Origin: Candidatus Binatia bacterium
GTDB taxonomy: Bacteria; Desulfobacterota; Binatia; UBA9968; JAJDTQ01
Direction: 5' to 3'
NCBI GenBank assembly: GCA_963666515.2
Contig: OY762897.2
Location: forward strand, 3,936,001-4,000,000
Length of the DNA stretch: 64,000 bases
In this document: piece by piece, positions 12,001 through 18,100 of the stretch
Position numbering within the stretch: position 1 is the stretch's first letter
How the letters are laid out: each line of letters opens with the position of its first letter
Program-made: the position numbers and the translations under genes
Notes under the pieces: model-generated
What the model was told of the DNA's origin: nothing
The model's database searches: none
Seen by the model: the letters and a program-made list of their open reading frames with translations, nothing else

Positions 12001-15000
12001 GCAGGCGGAGCGACGTACCTGCCTTTCGGCTGGGAGCGGTTGTGGGTGGTGGGGGAGATGCCGGAGCGTGTGACGTGCCACGCGCGGGTGTGCGGGGTGG
12101 AGGCCGGCGGCGACGGAGGCGATGAGGGGGAGGGGTCGCCGGCGGAGGTAGTGACCGCGGACCTGTGGCTGTACGGCGATGACGGCCGGTTGGTGGGGGA
12201 GGTATCGGGTCTGGTGCTGAAGCGGGCGAGCCGGTCGGCGTTTTCATCCGGGGCGGTTCGGACGGAGGATCTGTTGTATGCGCCGGTGTGGCGTAAGGCG
12301 GGGTTCGAGGGGAAGGTGAGAGAGGCGGATTTTCCGGTGTCGCCGGCGGAGGTGGAGGAGGAATCGGGGTTGTGGGTGTTGTCGTCGGACGATGATGGCG
12401 AGGGGTCGGCGTTGGCGGAGGAGTTGGCGGGGCGGAACCAGCGGGTGGTGTTGGCGGTGGGCGAGGGGGCGGCGGGGGTGGAGGGGCCGGGAGTGCGTGG
12501 GGTGGAGGTGGTCGGGCTGGACATGAGGTGCCGGGGGGGATGGCACAGGTTGCTGGAGGGGCTGCCGGAGGAAGCACGGTTGCGCGGAGTGGTGCACCTG
12601 GGGGCGTTGTCGGGGCACGGGAGCGGGGCGGGATCAGCGGAGTTGGCGGCGGACGTGGAGCGCGGGACGGGAAGCGCGTTGGCGCTGGCGCAGGGACTGG
12701 TGGACGCGGGCATCGAGCCGAGCGGGGGCATGTGGCTGGTGACGCGGGGGGCGCAGGTGGTGGACGGCGAGCGCGCGGGGGAGTTGTCGGGGTCGGCGCT
12801 GTGGGGGCTGGGAAAGACGCTGGCGCTGGAAGCGGGACAACTGAAGCCCCGGCTGGTGGACCTGGACCCGGAAGATGAGACCGGGAGTGGAGTGTTGGTG
12901 GAGGAATTGCTGCATCCGGACCGGGAGACGGAGGTGGCGTATCGGGGCGGCAGCCGGCGGGTGCTGCGCTTGGTGCGGGCTGGAACGCGGCTGGTGCTGC
13001 CGGAGGGAGCGGATTGGCGGCTGGTTTCGGGTGCGGACGGACTGTTGGAGAGCGTAAGGGCGGAGCGGGTTCCGGCGCGGGCTCCGGGGTCCGGGGAGTT
13101 GCGGGTGGCGGTGGAGGCCGCGGGACTGAACTTTCGAGACGTGATGATGGCGCTGAAGCTGGTGGACGTGGATGCTTCCCTGGGAGGCGAGTTTTGCGGG
13201 CGGGTGCTGGATGTGGGAGCGGACGTGACAGGCTTCTCGGCCGGCGACCGGGTGGTGGGCTTCGCTCCCGGTGGGTTGGGGCCGGAGGCGGTGACGCGAG
13301 CGGAGGTGGTGGCGCGGGCGCCGGCGGGGATGACGCCGGCGGAGTTGGCGACGGTTCCGGTGGTGTTCACGACGGTGGCGCTGGCGTTCGAGTTGTCGGG
13401 TCTGAAGGGTGGGGAGCGGGTGCTGGTGCACGCAGGTGCGGGGGGAGTGGGTTTGGCGGCGATCCAGATGGCGCAGAGTCTGGGGGCGGAGGTGTATGCG
13501 ACGGCGAGTGCGCCGAAGCGGCGTTACCTGGAGTCGCTGGGGGTGGCGGAAGTGTTCGACAGCCGGAGCACGCGGTTCGGGGAGGACGTTCTGGGGGCGA
13601 CGGGTGGAGAGGGCGTGGATGTGGTGCTGAACAGCCTGACGGGGGAGGGCTTCATCGAGGCGAGCCTGTCGTGCCTGAAGGAGGGGGGGCGGTTTGTGGA
13701 GATCGGCAAGCGGGGGATATGGAGCGAGGAGGGGATGAGGAAGGCGCGTCCGGACGTGGACTACCATGTATTGGCGCTGGACCGATTGCTGGAGGCGGAG
13801 CCGGGGCGAGTGGGCAGGGTGTTGCGGGGAGTGACGGAGCGGGTGGGAGCGGCGGAGCTGCAGCCGTTGCGGCGGAGCGTGTGGGGAATGGGAGAGGCGG
13901 TGGAGGCGATGGAGTACATGAGTTCGGGGCGTCACGTGGGCAAGCTGGTGCTGCGTGTATCGTCCGGAGGGCTGCGGGAGGACGGGACGTATCTGGTGAC
14001 GGGGGGGCTGGGGGGCATCGGGTTGGAGTTGGCAGGGTGGCTGGCGGACCACGGGGCGCGGAGCATGGTGTTGAACGGCCGGCGTGAGCCGGAGGGGGCG
14101 GCGATGGCGGCGGTGGAAGCATTGCGGGAGCGGGGAGTGGATGTGCGGGTGGAGTTGGCGGACGTGGCGGACGGGGACGCGGTGGCGGCGATGCTGGAAC
14201 GGATGGACCGCGAGTTGCCGCCTCTGGCGGGGGTGTTCCACAGCGTGGGTGCGTTGGCGGACGGGGCGTTGGGGAATCAGGACTGGGGTCGGTTCGAGCG
14301 TGTGCTGTGGCCGAAGGTGTTGGGGGCATGGCATCTGCACCGTGCGACGGAAGCGCGGGAGTTGGACCTGTTCGTGCTGTTTTCGAGCGTGACGGGGGTG
14401 TTGGGGAACGCGGGACAGGCGAACCATGCGGCGGCGAATGCGTTTTTGGACCAGTTGGCGCGGCATCGGCGGGCCTTGGGTCTGGCGGGGCAGTCGATCG
14501 CGTGGGGGGCATGGTCGGGGGTGGGCGAGGCGGAGGAGCAGCGGGAGCGGATCGGGGAGCGGCTGGCGGCCTCGGGAGCCGGCTGGATGACGCCGCGGCA
14601 GGGACTGGGGGTGTTGGAGCGGGTGGTTCGTGGGGGCGAGGCGACGAGCGCGGCGATGCTGGTGGACTGGGAGTTGTATGGGGCGGGGCCGCGGGACGTG
14701 CCGCCGTTGCTGGAGGAGCTGGTGACGGTGGCCGCGGCCGGAGTTGGTGAAGAGGAGCGAAGGGGGGCGCTGTTGGAGCGGTTGCGTGGGGTACGCGCGC
14801 CGGAGCGGGAGGGGCTGCTGCTGGAGTTCTTGCAGCGGGAGTTGCAGGCAGTGCTCCATATGCCGTCGTTGCCCGCCGCGGGGGTCGGCTTTTTCGATCT
14901 GGGGATGGACTCGTTGATGGCGGTCGAGTTCCGCAACCGGGTGAACCGCGGTCTGGCAGGGGTGACGGCGTTGGCGAGCACCGCGGTGTTCGATCACGCG

Positions 15001-15183
15001 AGCCCGGAGGCGCTGGCCCGGCATCTGGTCCGGGAGTTGGGAGTGCACGACGGTCCGGGAAGCTTTTCTGCCGAGGAAGATGCTTCCTCCGTGTCTGACC
15101 TGGAAACGGAGAGAGTTCAAGGTCTGTCGGAGCAGGAGTTCCTGAAAGAAGCATCGCGAGTGCTGGGAGAGGATCATGAGTAG
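1..15183 (+). CDS. Modular type I PKS, 5'-truncated by the window: [KRs-KR-ACP]-[KS-AT-DH-ER-KR-ACP]-[KS-AT-DH-ER-KR-ACP]-docking
   Basis: KS DTVCSS/DTACSA, HGTGT and GHLE motifs; AT GHSVG; DH HRVFGQVAAP; ER LVHAGAGGVG; KR YLVTGGxGGIG; three ACP LGMDSL motifs. Confidence 0.97.
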   Translation: MSERKQRVLLAVDEKWGQEGEADAAGVEVFRLEQRSRESWRSLLEGVVGEGGGVRGVVHVGGMSGQGEGAGSEEMAADVRESLGSGLALVQGLLDAGVEPGDGLWLVTRGGQVLGGEGGGELIGSVMWGFGRTLWWEAGQLRARLVDLDPAEPGSGFGVLADELLNPDREREIAYRGGVRQVLRLARVGRAGKAAGEGGLLRGDGTYLVTGGMGGIGLEVAGWLADHGARSMVLNGRREPEGAAMVAVEALRERGVDVRVELADVADGDAVAAMVERMDRELPPLAGVFHSVGVLADGALGNQDWGRFERVLWPKVLGAWHLHRATEARELDLFVLFSSVTGVLGNAGQANHAAANAFLDQLARHRRALGLAGQSIAWGAWSGVGEAEEQRERIGERLAASGAGWMTPRQGLGVLERVVRGGEATSVATMMDWESYGAGPRDVPPLLEELVTVSGVGEGASRAGELLDRVREAAASEREGLLLEFVQGELQEVLQTRSLPAAGVGFFDLGMDSLMAVDFRNRLNRGLGGAVVLSSTVVFDHGSAAALARHLAEELGVREVSEGVLRRRRVVGGGEDGIAVVGMACRFPGGGGVDGFWRLLDSGGDAVTNGRVNPPGGPYGVVASGDGPSIRWGGFIEDVELFDAEFFRIAPVEARLLDPQQRLLLETSWEALESAGIDAGRLRGSPTGVYAGISNNDYAEVVTREDAVSPYMVTGNSGATAIGRVAFTLGLEGPAVAVDTVCSSALVAVHQAVLGLQRGDADLALAGGVNVLLSATVTESVVRAGMLSPDGRCKTFDASADGFVRGEGCGMVVLKRLRDAEADGDRIWGVIRGSAINHDGASAGLTVPNGSAQERVIREALRRAGLESWEVDYLEAHGTGTELGDPIEIHAAAAVYGAGRDGAQPLRVGSVKTNVGHLEAAAGVAGLMKVLLSMNHGVIPKHLHFREPNPHVDWERLPLRVASEPEVWPRREGRPARAAVSSFGVSGTNAHVVVEGYGDAAGPEEDRLPGGPAVAVGWPEGASEYRPAEGAGGVTGARERRLLPLSGHTEKALRALAARYAEWLEERAGLSSSADTDGGDSGPAGADPLADVAWTAAVGRSHHGRRAAVTFGGAEELREKLAGLAAGGSASEAAVGARAVGESGEVRKVAFLFTGQGSQWAGMGRELYRREPVFCAVLDRCEEAFRGLRGESLLAVMFGEGGDRGSLDDTRWTQPALYALEAGLAALWGSVGVRPAAVLGHSVGEIAAAYAAGVFSLEAGMRFAARRGELMGSLPAAGPDAGAMAAVFAPAAGVEALVAAVNVEMGSERLGMAAYNGAHQVVSGLAGAVEAMLERCAREGVRAERLRVSQGFHSVLMDPILDELEGLLAGVDVTGPAVALVSDVTGGVLPAGEAMDGAYWRRQAREPVAFGAGVAALAGMGVDVLVELGPRPVLGGMAALAWPVEEGGGNVSGEPGARFGGPVVLTSLKGRGGGGGDGSSDGGFVEAVGGAYASGLALGFEGLFVGEERRRVSLPGYPFQRQRYWADAPRRRRRAGGLEHPLLGERRELPGGETTFETELYATEPAWLSEHRVFGQVAAPGAMYGAMALSAASLTGGSRYGSVTGGGVAVEEVQIHAPLVLPEGEGDGDEPGRTVFVAVAAMEAGGSRPVKIYSKGEDEKEWTLHAEARTGGGDAVRQAPARLDVEALKKGLSELDTAEFYRGFAAAGVEFGGSFRTVQGLWRGPGEAVGDVCLGEGWKDGEAGLHPVLLDGCFQVLGAALGAGAEEEGRGTAAGGATYLPFGWERLWVEGEMPERVTCHARVCGVDGGGDGGDEGKGSPAEVVTADLCLYGDDGRLVGEVSGLVLKRASRSAFLSGAVRTEDLLYAPVWRKAGLEGEVREADFLVSPAEAEEESGLWVLSSDDDGEGLSLAEELAGRNQRVVLAVGEGAAGVEGPGVRGVEVVGLDMRSRGGWHRLLEGLPEEARLRGVVHLGALSGHGSGAGSAELAADVERGTGSALALAQGLVDAGIEPSGGMWLVTRGAQVVDGERGGELSGSALWGLGKTLALEAGQLKPRLVDLDPEDETGSGVLVEELLHPDRETEVAYRGGSRRVLRLVRGGTRLVLPEGADWRLVSGADGLLESVRAERVPARALGSGELRVAVEAAGLNFRDVMVALRLVDLDASLGGEFCGRVLEVGAEVTGFSAGDRVVGFAPGGLGPEAVTRAEVVARAPAGMTPAELATVPVVFTTVALAFELSGLKGGERVLVHAGAGGVGLAAIQMAQSLGAEVYATASAPKRRYLESLGVAEVFDSRSTRFGEEVLGATGGEGVDVVLNSLTGEGFIEASLWCLKEGGRFVEIGKRGIWSEEGMRKARPDVDYHVLALDRLLEAEPGRVGRVLRGVTERVGAAELQPLRRSVWGMGEAVEAMEYMSSGRHVGKLVLRVSSGGLREDGTYLVTGGLGGIGLELAGWLADHGARSMVLNGRREPEGAAMAAVEALRERGVDVRVELADVADGDAVAAMVERMDRELPPLAGVFHSVGVLADGALGNQDWGRFERVLWPKVLGAWHLHRATEARELDLFVLFSSVTGVLGNAGQANHAAANAFLDQLARHRRALGLAGQSIAWGAWSGVGEAEEQRERIGERLAASGAGWMTPRQGLGVLERVVRGGEATSVATMMDWESYGAGPRDVPPLLEELVTVSGVGEGASRAGELLDRVREAAASEREGLLLEFVQGELQEVLQTRSLPAAGVGFFDLGMDSLMAVDFRNRLNRGLGGAVVLSSTVVFDHGSAAALARHLAEELGVREVSEGVLRRRRVVGGGEDGIAVVGMACRFPGGGGVDGFWRLLDSGGDAVTNGRGTQAGGGRTGQVLEGSWTGWGGFIEDVELFDAEFFRIAPVEARLLDPQHRLLLETSWEALESAGMDTGRLKGSRTGVYAGISGNAYGSLAAVVKEESANLYLATGNSGATAIGRVAFTLGLEGPAVAVDTACSASLVAVHQAVSGLRTGDADLALAGGVNVLLSLGAEEFSVEGMLSPDGRCKTFDASADGFVRGEGCGMVVLKRLRDAEADGDRIWGVIRGSAINHDGASAGLTVPNGSAQERVIREALRRAGLESWEVDYLEAHGTGTELGDPIEIHAAAAVYGAGRDGAQPLRVGSVKTNVGHLEAAAGVAGLMKVLLSMNHGVIPKHLHFREPNPHMDWERLLVRVASEPEAWPRREGRPARAAVSSFGISGTNAHVVLEEYGEAAGPEEDRLPGGPAVTVGWPEGTDEGRPEANGGMGTAERARRVLALSGRTEGAVRELAGRYVEWLEERAGLLSPVDAECERGASSGRELLADMAWTAGVGRSHHGCRAGLTFGEAGELREKLAGLASGSDAGPGVSTARETGGAPKVGFLFTGQGSQWAGMGRDLYEGEAVFRAVLDRCEEEVKRLRGESLLAVMFGEGGDRGSLDDTRWTQPALYALEAGLAALWGSVGVRPAAVLGHSVGEIAAAYAAGVFSLEAGMRFAARRGELMGSLPDAGPAAGAMAAVFAPAAGVEALVAVVNGEMGSERLGMAAYNGAHQVVSGRAGAVEEMLERCAREGVRAERLRVSHGFHSVLMDPILEELEGLLAGVDVTAPAVALVSDVTGGVLPAGEAMDGAYWRRQAREPVAFGAGVAALAGMGVDVLVELGPRPVLGGMAALAWPVEEGGGNVSGEPGARFGGPVVLTSLKGRAGGDGDGSSDGGFVEAVGGAYASGLALGFEGLFVGEERRRVSLPGYPFQRQRYWADAPRRRRRAGGLDHPLLGERRELPGGETTFETELYATEPAWLSDHRVFGQVAAPGAMYGAMALSAASLAGGSRYGSVTSGGVAVEEVQIHAPLVLPEGEGDGDEPGRTVFVAVAAMEAAGSRPVKIYSKGEDEKAWTLHAEARTGGGDAVRQAPARLDVEALKKGLSELDTAEFYRGFAAAGVELGGSFRTVQGLWRGPGEAVGDVCLGEGWKDGEAGLHPVLLDGCFQVLGAALGAGAEEEGRETAAGGATYLPFGWERLWVVGEMPERVTCHARVCGVEAGGDGGDEGEGSPAEVVTADLWLYGDDGRLVGEVSGLVLKRASRSAFSSGAVRTEDLLYAPVWRKAGFEGKVREADFPVSPAEVEEESGLWVLSSDDDGEGSALAEELAGRNQRVVLAVGEGAAGVEGPGVRGVEVVGLDMRCRGGWHRLLEGLPEEARLRGVVHLGALSGHGSGAGSAELAADVERGTGSALALAQGLVDAGIEPSGGMWLVTRGAQVVDGERAGELSGSALWGLGKTLALEAGQLKPRLVDLDPEDETGSGVLVEELLHPDRETEVAYRGGSRRVLRLVRAGTRLVLPEGADWRLVSGADGLLESVRAERVPARAPGSGELRVAVEAAGLNFRDVMMALKLVDVDASLGGEFCGRVLDVGADVTGFSAGDRVVGFAPGGLGPEAVTRAEVVARAPAGMTPAELATVPVVFTTVALAFELSGLKGGERVLVHAGAGGVGLAAIQMAQSLGAEVYATASAPKRRYLESLGVAEVFDSRSTRFGEDVLGATGGEGVDVVLNSLTGEGFIEASLSCLKEGGRFVEIGKRGIWSEEGMRKARPDVDYHVLALDRLLEAEPGRVGRVLRGVTERVGAAELQPLRRSVWGMGEAVEAMEYMSSGRHVGKLVLRVSSGGLREDGTYLVTGGLGGIGLELAGWLADHGARSMVLNGRREPEGAAMAAVEALRERGVDVRVELADVADGDAVAAMLERMDRELPPLAGVFHSVGALADGALGNQDWGRFERVLWPKVLGAWHLHRATEARELDLFVLFSSVTGVLGNAGQANHAAANAFLDQLARHRRALGLAGQSIAWGAWSGVGEAEEQRERIGERLAASGAGWMTPRQGLGVLERVVRGGEATSAAMLVDWELYGAGPRDVPPLLEELVTVAAAGVGEEERRGALLERLRGVRAPEREGLLLEFLQRELQAVLHMPSLPAAGVGFFDLGMDSLMAVEFRNRVNRGLAGVTALASTAVFDHASPEALARHLVRELGVHDGPGSFSAEEDASSVSDLETERVQGLSEQEFLKEASRVLGEDHE
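600..14730 (+). repeat. Tandem near-identical PKS module duplication, period ~6681-6690 bp
   Basis: Same codons recur at 1054, 7744 and 14425 and at 4048 and 10729; long identical stretches visible between copies. Confidence 0.95.
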
Positions 15184-18100
15184 GTCCGACAAGTACTACG
15201 AGCTTTCCAGAAAACTGCTTGCCCAGGTCAACGTTCGAGAGCGCAAGATCGCTGAATTCACGCAGCCCATAGCGGTGGTGGGTCTGGCGTGCCGTTTTCC
15301 CGGAGGATCGGATGTGACCGGATTCTGGCGGCTGCTGGAGTCCGGCGGAGATGCGATCACGAAGGGTCGTGGGACACGGTCGGCTGGAGGTCGGGACGGG
15401 CAGGTTCAGGAAGGATCGTGGGAAGGCTGGGGAGGCTTCATCGAGGACGTGGAGTTGTTCGACGCGGAGTTTTTTCGGATCGCTCCGGTGGAAGCGCGGT
15501 TGCTGGATCCGCAGCATCGGTTGCTGCTGGAGACGAGTTGGGAGGCATTGGAGTCGGCGGGTGTGGATGCAGGGCGTGTGAAAGGCAGCCGGACGGGGGT
15601 CTATGCGGGGATCTCCGGCAACGAATACCGGATGATGGCGGCAGCGGCGGCGAGGGAGGAATCGGCGAACCTGTATATGGTCACGGGGAACAGCGGGAGC
15701 ACGGCCATCGGCCGGGTGGCGTTCACGCTGGGACTGGAGGGACCCGCGGTGGCGGTGGATACCTCGTGCTCGTCGTCTTTGGTGGCGGTGCATCAGGCAG
15801 TGTCGGGGCTGCGGAATGGAGATGCGGACCTGGCGCTGGCCGGAGGAGTGAACGTGTTGTTGATGCCGCCGGGGGCGGAGGAGTTCAGCGTCGAGGGGAT
15901 GCTGTCGCCGGACGGGCGCTGCAAGACGTTCGACGCGTCGGCGGACGGGTTCGTGCGGGGCGAGGGGTGCGGGATGGTGGTTCTGAAGCGGCTGCGGGAC
16001 GCGGAGGCGGACGGGGACCGGATCTGGGGCGTGATCCGGGGTTCGGCCATAAACCACGACGGCGCGAGCGCCGGACTGACGGTGCCGAACGGGTCGGCGC
16101 AGGAGCGGGTGATCGAGGAGGCGCTGGGCCGCGCCGGGCTGGAGTCCTGGGAGGTGGATTACCTGGAGGCGCACGGCACCGGGACGGAGTTGGGGGACCC
16201 GATCGAAATTCATGCGGCTGCGGCGGTGTACGGGGCGGGCCGGGATGGGTCGCAGCCGTTGCGGGTGGGGTCGGTGAAGACGAACGTGGGGCACCTGGAG
16301 GCGGCTGCGGGGGTGGCGGGTTTGATCAAGGTGCTGCTGTCCATGAATCATGGGGTGATCCCGAAGCACCTGCACTTCCGGGAGCCGAACCCCCACATGG
16401 ACTGGGAGCGGCTGCTGGTGCGGGTGGCGTCGGAGCCGGAGGTCTGGCCGCGGAGGGAGGGGCGTCCGGCGCGCGCTGCGGTGAGTTCGTTCGGGATATC
16501 GGGGACCAACGCTCACGTGGTTCTGGAGGAATACGGTGAAGCCGCGGGGTCGGAGGGAGGCCGGTCGCCCAGGGGGCCGGCGGTAGCGGTGGGATGGCCG
16601 GAAGGAGCATCGGAGTATCGGCCGGCGGAGGGACCCGCCGTTGCGACGGGGGCGCGGGAGCGGCGGCTGCTGCCGTTGTCCGGGCACACGGAAGAGGCTT
16701 TGCGCGCGTTGGCCGGGCGTTACGCGAACTGGCTGGAGGATCGCGTGCCGCCCCCGGCTGACGTCGGTGGCGGGAATTGGGGCGCCGTCGGGAAAGCTCT
16801 CCTCGCGGACGTGGCGTGGACCGCGGGGACGGGCCGGAGCCACCACGAGCATCGCGCCGGGTTGACGTTCGCCGAAGCCGGTGAATTGCGGGAGAAGCTC
16901 GCGGCGCTGGCAGGGAACCGGGAAGCGTCCGAGGCGCCGGCGGGTTCCGGGTCGAGGACCAAAGTGGCCTTTCTGTTTGCGGGTTACGGCAGCCAGTGGG
17001 TGGGCATGGGCCGGGACGTCTACGACCGCGAGCCGGTGTTCCGCGCGGTCCTGGACCGGTGCGAGAAGGCGTTTCGTGATCTCAGGGGGGCGTCCCTGCT
17101 GGACGCGGCCTTCGGGGATGCCGCCGGCGTGGACCTGAAAGACCCCACCTGGGGGCATCCCGCGGTGTACGCCGTGCAGACCGGCCTCACGGCGCTGCTG
17201 GCAAGCGTCGGGATCAGGCCGTTCGCGGTCATGGGTTACAGCCTGGGAGAGATCGCGGCCGCGCACGTGGCGGGCGTGTTCTCGCTGGAAGACGGTCTGC
17301 GTTTTGCGGCGTTGCGCGGCGAGCTGATGGCTTCGCTGGTCGCGGACCCGTCGGAATCGGGTCATGCCGTGTCCGTGTACGAGTCGCCCGAGCGCGTGTC
17401 GGAGTTGATGGAGGAGGTCAACCGGGAACACCGGGGGATGGAGTTGAGCGTGGCGGCGTATGCCGGCGCCTACCAGGTGGCGGCCGGGGCGCCGGAGGTG
17501 GTGGGCGCTTTGCAGGAGCGGTGTGTCGCGGAGGGCGTGCGCGCGGAACGTCTGCCGGTGAACGTGGGGTTTCACAGCGCGGTCGTGGACCCGATCCTGG
17601 ACGGCCTGGAGGCGGCGATGGAGGGCGTGACGGTGTCGCCGCCGGCGCTCGCCATGGTGAGCAATGTGACCGGTCGCGTGTTCCGGGCGGGGGAGACGTT
17701 GGACGGCGCCTACTGGCGGCGGCAGGCGCGGGAGCCGGTGAGGTTTTCCGGCGGGGTGGTCGCGTTGGCCGAGCTGGGAGTGGACGTGTTGATGGACGTC
17801 GGGCCGCAGCCGCGCGTGGGTCTGCTGGCGACGACGATGTGGCCCACCAACCCGCCGCCGGCCGTGGTGGTGGGGATGAAACGGCCGTCCGAGGAGGACG
17901 CCGGGGCCTCGCCAGGTTGGGCGGAGGCGGTGGCGGAAGCGTATGCGGCCGGGCTGGACGTGAAGTTCGAAGGTCTGTTCGCGGGCGAGGAGCGGCGGCG
18001 GGTGCTGCTGCCGGGGTATCCGTTCCAGCGGCAGCGCTACTGGGCGGACGCGCCGAGGCGTCGTCGGCGGGTCGGGGAGGCGCACCACCCGCTCCTGGGA

